A stretch of 64,000 nt of DNA, from assembly GCF_009914755.1 (NCBI RefSeq), contig NC_060933.1; one strand, given 5' to 3'. The translations under genes and the position numbers were made by a program. The first letter of the stretch is position 1, and each line of letters starts with the position of its first letter. Below, in pieces: positions 44,101 through 59,389 of the stretch. The notes below the pieces were generated by a model that searched no databases, was not told the origin of the DNA, and was given only the letters and a program-made list of their open reading frames with translations. This DNA comes from the human T2T-CHM13v2.0 reference genome, Homo sapiens.

Positions 44101-45099
44101 TTCCATTCCATTGCATTCCATTCCATTCCATTCCCCTGTACTCGGGTTGATTCCATTCCATTCCATTCCAATCCATGCCATTCCACTCGTGTTGATTCCA
44201 TTCTTTCCATTCCATTCAAGTTGAATGCATTCCATTGCATTCCATTCCATTCCATTCCCGTGCAGTCGGGTTGTTTCCATTCCATTCCATTCCATTCCAT
44301 TCCATTCCATTCCATTCCATTCCGTTCCGTTCCGTTCCATTCCATTCCATTCCATTCTATTCGGGTTAATTCCATTCCATTCCATTCCATTCCAAAACAA
44401 TCGAGTTGATTCCATTCCATTCCATTCCATTCCCGTGCAGTCGGGTTGTTTCCATTCCATTCCATTCCATTCCATTCCATTCCGTTCCTTTCCATTCCAT
44501 TCCATTCCATTCTATTCGGATTAATTCCATTCCATTCCATTCCATTCCATTCCATTCCATTTCATTCCAATCGAGTTGATTCCATTCCATTCCATTGCAT
44601 TCCATTCCACTCCATTCCAGTCCTTTCCATTCCATTCCACTCGGGTTGATTCCAATGTATTCCTTTCCATTCCATTCCATTCCATTGCTATCGAGTTGAT
44701 TCCATTGCTTTGCATTCCATTCCATTCCATTCCATTCTGGATGATTCCATTCCATTGCATTCCATTCCATTCCATTCCCCTGCACTCGGGTTGATTCCAT
44801 TCGATTCCACTCCATTCCGTTCCATTCCATTCCATTGCATTGTATTCGGATTAATTCCATTCCATTCCATTCCATTCCGTTCCATTCCATTCCATTGCTT
44901 TGTATTCGGGTTAATTCCATTCAATTCCATTCCATTCCATTCCATTCCATTCCATTACAATCGAGTTGATTCCATTCCATTCCATTCCATTCCAGTCCTT
45001 TCCATTCCATTCCTCTCGGGTTGATTCCATTCTATTAGTTTCCATTCCATTCCATTCCCTTCCATTCCACTCAGGTTTTTTCCATTCCTATCCATTCCA

Positions 45100-48000
45100 C
45101 TCGAATACATTCCCTCCTATTCCACTCGGAACGATTCCATTTCATTCCATTCCATTCCATTCCATTCCATTCCATTCCAGTTCGTTCCATTCCATTCTAT
45201 TCCGTACCATTCCATTCCATTCCATTCCTTTCCATTCCATTCTTTTCCACTCGTGTTGATTCCATTCCTTTCCATTCCATTCGGTTTGAAGGCATTCCAT
45301 TCCATTCAATTCCATTCCTTTCCATTCCATTCCATTCCATTCTATTCCATTCCATTGCAATCGAGTTGAATCCATTGCCTTTCATTCCATTCCATTCCTT
45401 TCCATTCCATTCCGGAAGATTCCATTCCATTCCATTCCATTCCATTGCATTCCATTCCATTCCATTCCCCTGCACTCGCGTTGATTCCATTCCATTCCAT
45501 TCCATTCCATTCCGTTCCGTTCCATTCCATTCCATTCCATTCCATTCCATTCCATTCCGTTCCGTTCCGTTCCATTCCATTCCATTCCATTCTATTCGGG
45601 TTAATTCCATTCCATTCCATTCGATTGCCATCGAGTTGATTCCTTTCCATTCCATTCCATTCCATTCCATTCCATTGCATTCCATTCCTTTCCATTCCAT
45701 TACGGATGACTCCATTCCATTGCATTCTATTCCATTCCATTCCCCTGTACTCGGGTTGATTCCATTCCATTCCATTCGACTCCATTCGGTTCCGTTGCAT
45801 TCCATTCCATTGCATTCCATTCTATTCGGGTTAATTCCATTCCATTCTATTCCATTCCATTCCGTTCCATTCCATTGCAATGGAGTTGATTCCATTCCAT
45901 TCCATTCCATTCCGGATGATTCCATTCCATTGCATTCCATTCCATTCCATTCCCCTGCACTCGTGTTGATTCCATTCCATTCCATTCCATTCCATTCCGT
46001 TCCATTCCATTCCATTCCATTCTATTCCGGTTACTTCCGTTCCATTCCATTCCATTCCATTCCATTCCATTCCATTGCAATCGAGTTGTTTCCATTCCAT
46101 TCCTTTCCATTCCATTCCATTGCCTTGCATTCCACTCGGGTTGATTCCATTCCCTTCTTTCCACTCCATTACATTCCCTTTCATTCCACTCGGAATGATT
46201 GATTCCATTCCATTCCATTCCATTTCATTCCATTGCAATCCATTCCAATCCATTCCATTCCATTCCATTCCACTCGAGTTGACTTCATTCCATTCCTTTC
46301 CATTCCATTCCATTCCTTTCCACTCGAGTTGATTCCATTCCATTCCAATCCATTGCATTCCATTCCATGCCATTCCACTCGGGTTGATTCCATTCCTTTG
46401 CATTCCATTCCATTCCATTCCATTGCATTCCATTCCATTCCATTCCGTTGCATTCCATTCCATTACATTCGGATTGATTCTATTCAACTCCCTTACTCTC
46501 CATTACATTCCATTCCATTCGGGTTGTTCCATTCCATTCCATTCCATTCCACTCCATTCCATTGCACTCGGGTTGATTCCATTCCATTCCATTCCATTCC
46601 ATTCCATTCCATTCCGGATGATTCCATTCCATTGCATTCCGTTCCATTACATTCCCCTGCACTCGCGTTGATTCCATTCCATTCCATTCCATTCCATTCC
46701 ATTCCATTCCATTCCGTTCCGTTCCGTTCCGTTCCATTCCATTCCATTCCATTCTCTTCGGGTTAATTCCATTCCATTCCATTCCATCCCATTCTATTAC
46801 ATTCCATTGGAATCGATTTGAATCCATTGCATTTCATTCCATTCCATTCCATTGTATTCCATTCCGGAAGATTCCATTCCATTGCATTCCATTCCATTCC
46901 ATTCCCCTGCACTCGCGTTGATTCCATTCCATTCCATTCCATTCCATTCCATTCCGTTCCGTTCCGTTCCATTCCATTCCATTCCATTCCATTCCATTCC
47001 GTTCCGTTCCATTCCATTCCATTCCATTCTATTCGGGTTAATTCCATTCCATTCCATTCGATTGCAATCGTGTTGATTCCATTCCATTCCATTCCATTCC
47101 ATTCCATTCCATTCCATTCCATTCCATTCCTTTCCATTCCATTACGGATGATTCCATTCCATTGCATTCCATTCCATTCCATTCCCCTGTACTCGGGTTG
47201 ATTCCATTCCATTGCATTCCAATCCATGCCCTTCCACTCGTGTTGATTCCATTCTTTCCATTCCATTCAAGTTGAATCCATTCCATTGCATTCCATTCCA
47301 TTCGATTCCATTCGATTGCACTCGGGTTGATTCCATTCCATTGCATTCCATTCCGTTCCATTCCATTCCATTCCATTCCATTCCGTTCCATTCCATTCCA
47401 TTACATTCGGATTGATTCTATTCAATTCCCTTACACTCCATTACATTCCATTCCATTCGGGTAGTTTCCATTCCATTCCATTCCATTCCTCTCCATTCCA
47501 TTTCACTCGGGTTGATTCCATTCCATTGCATTCCATTCCATTCCATTCAATTCCATTCCTTTCCATTCCATTCCATTACATTCGGATTGATTCTATTCAA
47601 CTCCCTTACTCTCCATTACATTCCATTCCGTTCGGGTTGTTCCATTGCATTCCATTCCATTCCACTCCATTCCATTGCACTCGGGTTTATTCCATTCCAT
47701 TCCATTCCATTCCATTCCATTCCATTCCGGAAGATTCCATTCCATTGCATTCCATTCCATTCCATTCCCCTGCACTCGCTTTGATTCCATTCCATTCCAT
47801 TCCATTCCATTCCATTCCTTTCCGTTCCATTCCATTCCATTCCATTCCATTCCATTCCGTTCCGTTCCGTTCCGTTCCATTCCATTCCATTCCATTCCAT
47901 TCCATTCTATTCGGGTTAATTCCATTCCATTCCACTCGATTGCAATCGAGATGGTTCCATTCCATTCCATTCGATTCCATTCCATTCCATTCCATTCCAT

Positions 48001-51000
48001 TCCATTGCACACGGGTTCATTCCATTCCATTCCATTCCATTCCATTCCATTCCATTCCATTCCATTCCATTTCATTCCATTCCATTCTATTCCGTACCAT
48101 TCCATTCCACCCCATTCCATTCCGTTCCAGTCCATGCTATTACACTCGGGTTGATTCCATTCCTTTCCATTCCATTCTTGTTGAGTCCATTCCATTCCAT
48201 TCCATTCCATTCGAATCCATTCCATTGCACTCGGGTTGATTCCATTCCATTCCATTCCATTCCATTTCATTCCATTCCATTCCATTACATTCGGATTGAT
48301 TCTATTCAATTCCCTTACACTCCATTACATTCCATTCCATTCGGGATGTTTCCATTCCATTCCATTCCATTCCACTCCATTCCATTGCATCAGGTTGATT
48401 GCATTCCATTCCATTCCATTCCATTCCGATGATTCCATTCCATTGCATTCCATTCCATTCCATTCCCCTGCACTCGGGTTGATTCCATTCCATTCCATTC
48501 CATTCCATTCCATTCCATTCCATTCCGTTCCATTCCATTCCATTCCATTCTATTCCGGTTAATTCCATTCCATTCCTTTCGATTCCATTCCATTCCATTC
48601 CATTCCATTGCAATCGAGTTGATTCCATTCCATTCCATTCCATTCCGTTCCGGATGATTCCTTTCCATTCCATTCCATTCCATTCCATTCCATTCCATTC
48701 CCCTGCAGTCGGGTTGATTCCATTCCATTCCATTCCATTCCATTCCATTCCATTCCATTCCGTTCCATTCCATTCCATTCCATTCTATTCGGGTTAATTC
48801 CATTCCATTCCATTCCATTCCATTCCATTCCTGTCGAGTTGATTCCATTCCATTCCATTCCATTCCATTCCATTCCACTCCATTCCAGTCCTTTCCATTC
48901 CATTACACTCGGGTTGATTCCATTCTATTCCTTTCCATTCCATTCCATTCCATTGCAATCGAGTTGATTCCATTGCTTTGCATTCCATTCCATTCCATTC
49001 CATTCCGGATGATTCCATTCCATTGCATTCCATTCCATTCCATTCCCCTGCACTCGTGTTGATTCCATTCCATTCCACTCCATTCCGTTCCATTCCATTC
49101 CATTCCATTGTATTCGGGTTAATTCCATTCCATTCCATTCCATTCCATTCCCCTGCACTCGCGTTGATTCCATTCCATTCCATTCCATTCCAGTCCTTTC
49201 CATTCCATTCCACTCGGGTTGATTCCATTCTATTAGTTTCCATTCCATTCCATTCCCTTCCATTCCACTCTGGTTGATTCCATTCCTTTCCATTCCACTC
49301 GAATACATTCCCTCCTATTCCACTCGGAACGATTCCATTCCATTCCATTCCATTCCATTCCATTCCATTCCAGTTCGTTCCATTCCATTCTCTTCCGTAC
49401 CATTCCATTCCATTCCATTCCTTTCCATTCCATTCCTTTCCACTCGTGTTGATTCCATTCCTTTCCATTCCATTCGGTTTGAAGGCATTCCATTCCATTC
49501 AATTCCATTCCATTCCATTCAATTCCATTCCATTCTATTCCATTCCATTGCAATCTAGATGAATCCATTGCCTTTCATTCCATTCCATTCCATTCCATTC
49601 CATTCCGGAAGATTCCATTCCATTACATTCCATTCCATTCCATTCCCCTGCACTCGCGTTGATTCCATTCCATTCCATTCCATTCCATTCCGTTCCGTTC
49701 CATTCCATTCCATTCCATTCCGTTCCGTTCCATTCCATTCCATTCCATTCTATTCGGGTTAATTCCATTCCATTCCATTCGATTGCCATCGAGTTGATTC
49801 CATTCCATTCCATTCCATTCCATTCCATTCCATTCCATTCCATTCCATTCCATTCCTTTCCATTCCATTACGGAAGACTCCATTCCATTGCTTTCCATTC
49901 CATTCCATTCCCCTGTACTCGGGTTGATTCCATTCCATTCCATTCCACTCCATTCCGTTCCGTGGCATTCCATTCTATTGCATTCCATTCTATTCAGGTT
50001 AATTCCATTCCATTCTATTCCATTCTATTCCATTCCATTCCATTGCAATGGAGTTGATTCCATTCCATTCCATTCCATTCCGGATGATTCCATTCCATTG
50101 CATTCCATTCCATTCCATTCCCCTGCACTCGTGTTGATTCCATTCCCTTCCATTCCATTCCATTCCATTCCATTCCATTCCCCTGCACTCGTGTTGATTC
50201 CATTCCCTTCCATTCCATTCCATTCCGTTCCATTCCATTCCATTCCATTCCATTCCATTGCAATCGAGTTGATTCTATTCCATTCCTTTCCATTCCATTC
50301 CATTGCCTTGCATTCCACTCGGGTTGATTACATTCCCTTCTTTCCACTCCATTACATTCCCTTCCATTCCACTCGGAATGATTGATTCCATTCCATTCCA
50401 TTCCATTCCATTCCATTCCATTCCGTTCCATTCCATTCTATTCGGGTTAATTCCATTCCATTCCATTCCATTCCATTCCATTCCATTTCATTCCATTCCA
50501 ATCGAGTTGATTCCATTCCATTCCATTCCATTCCATTCCACTCCATTCCAGTCCTTTCCATTCCATTACACTCGGGTTGATTCCATTCTATTCCTTTCCA
50601 TTCCATTCCATTCCATTGCAATCGAGTTGATTCCATTGCTTTGCATTCCATTCCATTCCATTCCATTCCGGATGATTCCATTCCATTGCATTCCATTCCA
50701 TTCCATTCCCCTGCACTCGGGTTGATTCCATTCCATTCCACTCCATTCCGTTCCATTCCATTCCATTCCATTTTATTCGGGTTAATTCCATTCCATTCCA
50801 TTCCATTCCATTCCATTCCATTCCATTCAATTCCATTACAATCGAGTTGATTCCATTCCATTCCATTCCATTCCATTCCAGTCCTTTCCATTCCATTCCA
50901 CTCGGGTTGATTCCATTCTATTAGTTTCCATTCCATTCCATTCCCTTCCATTCCACTCTGGTTGATTCCATTCCTTTCCATTCCACTCGAATACATTCCC

Positions 51001-54000
51001 TCCTATTCCACTCGGAACGATTCCATTTCATTCCATTCCATTCCATTCCATTCCATTCCAGTTCGTTCCATTCCATTCTATTCCGTACCATTCCATTCCA
51101 TTCCATTCCTTTCCATTCCATTCTTTTCCACTCGTGTTGATTCCATTCCTTTCCATTCCATTCGGTTTGAAGGCATTCCATTCCATTCTATTCCATTCCT
51201 TTCCATTCCATTCCATTCCATTCTATTCCATTCCATTGCAATCGAGTTGAATCCATTGCTTTTCATTCCATTCCATTCCTTTCCTTTCCATTCCGGAAGA
51301 TTCCATTCCATTCCATTCCATTCCATTCCATTCCCCTGCACTCGCGTTGATTCCATTCCATTCCATTCCATTCCATTCCGTTCCGTTCCATTCCATTCCA
51401 TTCCATTCCATTCCATTCCGTTCCATTCCATTCCATTCCATTCTATTCGGGTTTATTCCATTCCATTCCATTCGATTGCCATTGAGTTGATTCCATTCCA
51501 TTCCATTCCATTCCATTCCATTCCATTCCTTTCCATTCCATTACGGATGACTCCATTCCATTGCATTCTATTCCATTCCATTCCCCTGTACTCGGGTTGA
51601 TTCCATTCCATTCCATTCGACTCCATTCGGTTCCGTTGCATTCCATTCTTTTGCATTCCATTCTATTCGGGTTAATTCCATTCCATTCTATTCCATTCCA
51701 TTCCATTCCATTCCATTGCAATGGAGTTGATTCCATTCCATTCCATTCCATTCCGGATGATTCCATTCCATTGCATTCCATTCCATTCCATTCCCCTGCA
51801 CTCGTTTTGATTCCATTCCATTCCACTCCATTCCATTCCGTTCCACTCCGTTCCATTCCATTCTATTCCGGTTAATTCCATTCCATTCAATTCCTTTCCA
51901 TTCCATTCCATTGCAATCGAGTTGTTTCCATTCCATTCCTTTCCATTCCATTCCATTGCCTTGCATTCCACTCGGGTTGATTCCATTCCCTTCTTTCCAC
52001 TCCATTACATTCCCTTCCATTCCACTCGGAATGATTGATTCCATTCCATTCCATTCCATTTCATTCCATTGCAATCCATTCCAATCCATTCCATTCCATT
52101 CCATTCCACTCGAGTTGACTTCATTCCATTCCTTTCCATTCCATTCCATTCCTTTCCACTCGAGTTGATTCCATTCCATTCCAATCCATTGCATTCCATT
52201 CCATGCCATTCCACTCGGGTTGATTCCATTCCTTTGCATTCCATTCCATTCTATTCCATTGCATTCCATTCCATTCCATTCCGTTGCATTACATTCCATT
52301 CCATTCCATTACATTCCATTCCATTCCATTCCCCTGCACTCGCGTTGATTCCATTCCATTCCATTCCATTCCATTCCGTTCCATTCCATTCCATTCCATT
52401 CCATTCCATTCCATTCCATTCCATTCCGTTCCGTTCCATTCCATTCCATTCCATTCTATTCGGGTTAATTCCATTCCATTTCATTCGATGGCAATCGAGT
52501 TGATTCCATTCCATTCCATTCCATTCTATTCGGGTTAATTCCATTCCATTTCATTCGATTGCAATCGAGTTGATTCCATTCCATTCCATTCCATTCCATT
52601 CCATTCCATTCCTTTCCTTTCCATTCCATTACGGATGATTCCACTCCATTGCATTCCATTCCATTCCATTCCCCTGTACTCGGGGTGATTCCATTCCATT
52701 CCATTCCATTACATTCCGTTCCATTCCATTCCATTACATTCGGATTGATTCTATTCAACTCCCTTACTCTCCATTTCATTCCATTCCATTCGGGTTGTTC
52801 CATTCCATTCCATTCCATTCCACTCCATTCCATTGCACTCGGGTTGATTCCATTCCATTCCATTCCATTCGATTCCATTCCGGATGATTCCATTCCATTG
52901 CATTCCGTTCCATTACATTCCCCTGCACTCGCGTTGATTCCATTCCATTCCATTCCATTCCATTCCATTCCATTCCATTCCATTCCGTTCCGTTCCGTTC
53001 CATTCCATTCCATTCCATTCTATTCGGGTTAATTCCATTCCATTCCATTCCATCCCATTCTATTACATTCCATTGGAATCGATTTGAATCCATTGCATTT
53101 CATTCCATTCCATTCCATTCCATTCCATTCCGGAAGATTCCATTCCATTGCATTCCATTCCATTCCATTCCCCTGCACTCGCGTTGATTCCATTCCATTC
53201 CATTCCATTCCATTCCATTCCGTTCCGTTCCGTTCCATTCCATTCCATTCCATTCCATTCCATTCCATTCCATTCCGTTCCGTTCCATTCCATTCCATTC
53301 CATTCTATTCGGGTTAATTCCATTCCATTCCTTTCGATTGCAATCGTGTTGATTCCATTCCATTCCATTCCATTCCATTCCATTCCATTCCATTCCTTTC
53401 CATTCCATTACGGATGATTCCATTCCATTGCATTCCATTCCATTCCATTCCCCTGTACTCAGGTTGATTCCATTCCATTGCATTCCAATCCATGCCCTTC
53501 CACTCGTGTTGATTCCATTCTTTCCATTCCATTCAAGTTGAATCCATTCCATTGCATTCCATTCCATTCGATTCCATTCCTTTGCATTCCATTCCGTTCC
53601 ATTCCATTCCATTCCATTCCATTCCGTTCCATTCCATTCCATTACATTCGGATTGATTCTATTCAATTCCCTTACACTCCATTACATTCCATTCCATTCG
53701 GGTAGTTTCCATTCCATTCCATTCCATTCCTCTCCATTCCATTGCACTCGGGTTGATTCCATTCCATTGCATTCCATTCCATTCCATTCAATTCCATTCC
53801 GTTCCATTCCATTCCATTACATTCGGATTGATTCTATTCAACTCCCTTACTCTCCATTACATTCCATTCCGTTCGGGTTGTTCCATTCCATTCCATTCCA
53901 TTCCACTCCATTCCATTGCCCTCGGGTTTATTCCATTCCATTCCATTCCATTCCATTCCATTCCATTCCGGAAGATTCCATTTCATTGCATTCCATTCCA

Positions 54001-57000
54001 TTCCATTCCCCTGCACTCGCGTTGATTCCATTCCATTCCATTCCATTCCATTCCATTCCATTCCATTCCACTCCATTCCATTGCTCTCGGGTTTATTCCA
54101 TTTCATTCCATTCCATTCCATTCCATTCCATTCCGGAAGATTCCATTCCATTGCATTCCATTCCATTCCATTCCCCTGCACTCGCGTTGATTCCATTCCA
54201 TTCCATTCCATTCCATTCCATTCCATTCCTTTCCGTTCCATTCCATTCCATTCCATTCCATTCCATTCCGTTCCGTTCCATTCCATTCCATTCCATTCCA
54301 TTCTATTCGGGTTAATTCCATTCCATTCCATTCGATTGCAATCGAGATGATTCCATTCCATTCCATTCCATTCCATTCCATTCCATTCCATTCCATTCCA
54401 TTGCACACGGGTTCATTCCATTCCATTCCATTCCATTCCATTTCATTCCACTCCATTCTATTCCGTACCATTCCATTCCATCCCATTCCATTCCGTTCCA
54501 GTCCATACCATTACACTCGGGTTGATTCCATTCCTTTCCATTCCATTCTTGTTGAATCCATTCCATTCCATTCCATTCCATTCGAATCCATTCCATTGCA
54601 CTCGGGTTGATTCCATTCCATTCCATTCCATTCCATTTCATTCCATTCCATTCCTTTACATTCGGATTGATTCTATTCAATTCCCTTACACTGCATTACA
54701 TTCCATTCCATTCGGGATGTTTCCATTCCTTTCCATTCCATTCCACTCCATTCCATTGCATCAGGTTGATTGCATTCCATTCCATTCCATTCCATTCCGG
54801 ATGATTCCATTCCATTGCATTCCATTCCATTCCATTCCCCTGCACTCGGGTTGATTCCATTCCATTCCATTCCATTCCATTCCATTCCATTCTATTCTGG
54901 TTAATTCCATTCCATTCCTTTCGATTCCATTCCATTCCATTCCATTCCATTGCAATGGAGTTGATTCCATTCCATTCCATTCCATTCCGTTCCGGATGAT
55001 TCCATTCCATTCCATTCCATTCCATTCCATTCCCCTGCAGTCGGGTTGATTCCATTCCATTCCATTCCATTCCATTCCATTCCATTCCATTCCATTCCAT
55101 TCTATTCGGGTTAATTCCATTCCATTCCATTCCATTCCATTCCATTCCATTCCAGTCGAGTTGATTCCGTTCCATTCCATTCCATTCCATTCCATTCCAT
55201 TGCACTCCATTCCGGTCCTTTCCATTCCATTACACTCGGGTTGATTCCATTCTATTCCTTTCCATTCCATTCCATTCCATTGCAATCGAGTTGATTCCAT
55301 TGCTTTGCATTGCATTCCATTCCATTCCATTCCGGATGATTCCATTCCATTGCATTCCATTCCATTCCATTCCCCTGCACTCGGGTTGATTCCATTCCAT
55401 TCCACTCCATTCCGTTCCATTCCATTCCATTCCATTTTATTCGGGTTAATTCCATTCCATTCCATTCCATTCCATTCCATTCCATTCCATTCCATTCCCC
55501 TGCACTCGCGTTGATTCCATTCCATTCCATTCCATTCCATTCCAATCCATTCCATTGTATTCGGGTTAATTCCATTCCATTCCATTCCATTCCATTCCAT
55601 TCCATTCCATTACAATCGAGTTGATTCCATTCCATTCCATTCCATTCCAGTCCTTTCCATTCCATTCCACTCGGGTTGATTCCATTCTATTAGTTTCCAT
55701 TCCATTCCATTCCCTTCCATTCCACTCTGGTTGATTCCATTCCTTTCCATTCCACTCGAATACATTCCCTCCTATTCCACTCGGAACGATTCCATTCCAT
55801 TCCATTCCATTCCATTCCATTCCATTCCATTCCAGTTCGTTCCATTCCATTCTATTCCGTACCATTCCATTCCATTCCATTCCTTTCCATTCCATTCCTT
55901 TCCACTCGTGTTGATTCCATTCCTTTCCATTCCATTCGGTTTGAAGGCATTGCGTTCCATTCAATTCCATTCCATTCCATTCAATTCCATTCCATTCTAT
56001 TCCATTCCATTGCAATCTAGTTGAATCCATTGCCTTTCATTCCATTCCATTCCATTCCATTCCATTTCGGAAGATTCCATTCCATTCCATTCCATTCCAT
56101 TCCATTCCATTCCATTCCCCTGCACTCGCGTTGATTCCATTCCATTCCATTCCATTCCATTCCGTTCCGTTCCATTCCATTCCATTCCATTCCATTCCGT
56201 TCCGTTCCATTCCATTCCATTCCATTCTATTCGGGTTAATTCCATTCCATTCCATTCGATTGCCATCGAGTTGATTCCATTCCATTCCATTCCATTCCAT
56301 TCCATTCCATTCCTTTCCTTTCCATTCCATTACGGATGACTCCATTCCATTGCTTTCCATTCCATTCCATTCCCCTGTACTCGGGTTGATTCCATTCCAT
56401 TCCATTCCACTCCATTCGGTTCCGTTGCATTCCATTCTATTGCATTCCATTCTATTCGGGTTAATTCCATTCCATTCTATTCCATTCTATTCCATTCCAT
56501 TCCATTGCAATGGAGTTGATTCCATTCCATTCCATTCCATTCCGGATGATTCCATTTCATTGCATTCCATTCCATTCCATTCCCCTGCACTCGTGTTGAT
56601 TCCATTCCCTTCCATTCCATTCCATTCCATTCCATTCCATTCCCCTGCACTCGTGTTGATTCCATTCCCTTCCATTCCATTCCATTCCGTTCCATTCCAT
56701 TCCATTCCATTCTATTCCGGTTAATTCCATTCCATTCCATTCCATTCCATTCCATTGCAATCGAGTTGATTCCATTCCATTCCTTTCCATTCCATTCCAT
56801 TGCCTTGCATTCCACTCGGGTTGATTCCATTCCCTTCTATCCACTCCATTACATTCCCTTCCATTCCACTCGGAATGATTGATTCCATTCCATTCCATTC
56901 CATTTCATTCCATTGCAATCCATTCCAATCCATTCCATTCCATTCCACTCGAGTTGACTTTATTCCATTCCTTTCCATTCCATTCCATTCCTTTCCAATC

Positions 57001-57150
57001 GAGTTGATTCCATTCCATTCCAATCCATTGCATTCCATTCCATGCCATTCCACTCGGGTTGATTCCATTCCTTTGCATTCCATTCCATTCCATTCCATTC
57101 CATTCCATTCCATTCCATTGCATTCCATTCCGTTGCATTCCATTCCATTA
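45100..57150 (+). repeat. Variant HSat3 domain organised as two ~5.8-6.5-kb tandem copies, each with two related sub-blocks
   Basis: ORF pairs 46075/51911, 46480/52776, 47512/53753, 48151/54522, 49888/56350 and 50303/56800. Marker ggaatgattgattcc occurs at 46192, 50375, 52028 and 56872. Confidence 0.85.
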
Positions 57151-59389
57151 CATTCGGATTGATTCTATTCAACTCCCTTACTCTCCATTACATTCCATTC
57201 CATTCGGGTTGTTCCATTCCATTCCATTCCATTCCACTCCATTCCATTGCACTCGGGTTGATTCCATTCCATTCCATTCCATTCCATTCCATTCCGGATG
57301 ATTCCATTCCATTGCATTCCGTTCCATTAAATTCCCCTGCACTCGCGTTGATTCCATTCCATTCCATTCCTTTCCATTCAATTCCATTCCATTACAATTC
57401 GTTCCATTCCATTCTATTCCGTACCATTCCATTCTATTCCGTACCATCCCATTCCATTCCATACCATTCCATTCCATTCCACTCCATTCCATTCCATTCC
57501 ATTCCGTTCCATTCCGTTCCATTCCATTCCATTCCATTCTATTCGGGTTAATCCCATTCCATTACATTCCATTCCATTCTATTCCATTCCATTGCAATCG
57601 AGTTGAATCCATTGCATTTCATTCCATTCCATTCCATTCCATTCCGGAAGATTCCATTCCATTGCATTCCATTCCATGCCATTCCCCTGCACTCGCGTTG
57701 ATTCCATTACATTCCATTCCATTCCATTCCAATCCATTCCATTCCATTCCATTCCTTTCCGTTCCATTCCATTCCATTCCATTCCATTCCATTCCATTCC
57801 GTTCCGTTCCGTTCCGTTCCATTCCATTCCATTCCATTCTATTCGGGTTAATTCCATTCCATTCCATTCGATTGCAATCGAGTTGATTCCATTCCATTCC
57901 ATTCCATTCCATTCCATTCCATTCCTTTCCATTCCATTACGGATGATTCCATTCCATTGCATTACATTCCATTCCATTCCCCTGTACTCGGGTTGATTCC
58001 ATTCCATTCCATTGCATTCCATTCCATTCCGGATGATTCCATTCCATTGCATTCCGTTCCATTACATTCCCCTGCACTCGCGTTGATTCCATTCCATTCC
58101 ATTCCATTCCATTCAATTCCATTCCATTACAATTCGTTCCATTCCATTCTTTTCCGTACCATTCCATTCCATTACATACCATTCCATTCCATTCCATTCC
58201 ATTCCGTTCCATTCCGTTCCATTCCATTCTCCTGCACTCGCGTTGATTCCATTCCATTCCATTCCATTCCATTCCGTTCCGTTCCATTCCATTCCATTCC
58301 ATTCCATTGCATTCCATTCCGTTCCGTTCCATTCCATTCCATTCCATTCTATTCGGGTTAATTCCATTCCATTCCATTCGATTGCAATCGAGTTGATTCC
58401 ATTCCATTCTATTCCATTCCATTCTATTCCATTCCATTCCATTCCATTCCTTTCCATTCCATTACGGATGATTCCATTCCATTGCATTCCATTCCATTCC
58501 ATTCCCCTGTACTCAGGTTGATTCCATTCCATTCCAATCCATGCCATTCCACTCGTGTTGATTCCATTCTTTCCATTCCATTGAAGTTGAACCCATTCCA
58601 TTGCATTCCATTCCATTCCATTCCCCTGCAGTCGGGTTGATTCCATTCCATTCCATTCCATTCCATTCCATTCCATTCCGTTCCATACCATTCCATTCCT
58701 TTCTATTCGGGTTAATTCCATTGCATTCCATTCCATTCCATTCCATTCCAATCAAGTTGATTCCATTCCATTCCATTCCATTCCATTCCATTCCATTCCA
58801 CTCCATTCCAGTCCGTTCCATTCCATTCCACTCGGGTTGATTCCAATGTATTCCTTTCCATTCCATTTCATTCCATTGCAATCGAGTTGATTCCATTGCT
58901 TTGCATTCCATTCCATTCCATTCCATTCCGGATGATTCCATTCCATTGCATTGCATTCCATTCCATTCCCCTGCACTCGGGTTGATTCCATTCCATTCCA
59001 CTCCATTCCGTTCCATTCCATTCCATTCCATTGTATTCGGGTTAATTCCATTCCATTCCATTCCATTCCATTACAATCGAGTTTATTCCATTCCATTCCA
59101 TTCCATTCCAGTCCTTTCCATTCCATTCCACTCGGGTTGATTCCATTCTATTAGTTTCCATTCCATTCCATTCCCTTCCATTCCACTCTGGTTGATTCCA
59201 TTCCTTTCCATTCCACTCGAATACATTCCCTCCTATTCCACTCGGAACGATTCCATTCCATTCCATTCCATTCCATTCCATTCCATTCCATTCCATTCCA
59301 TTCCATTTCGTTCCATTCCATTCCATTCGGTATCATTCTATTCCATTCCATTCCATTCCATTCCATTCCATTCCATTCCATTCCGTTGC

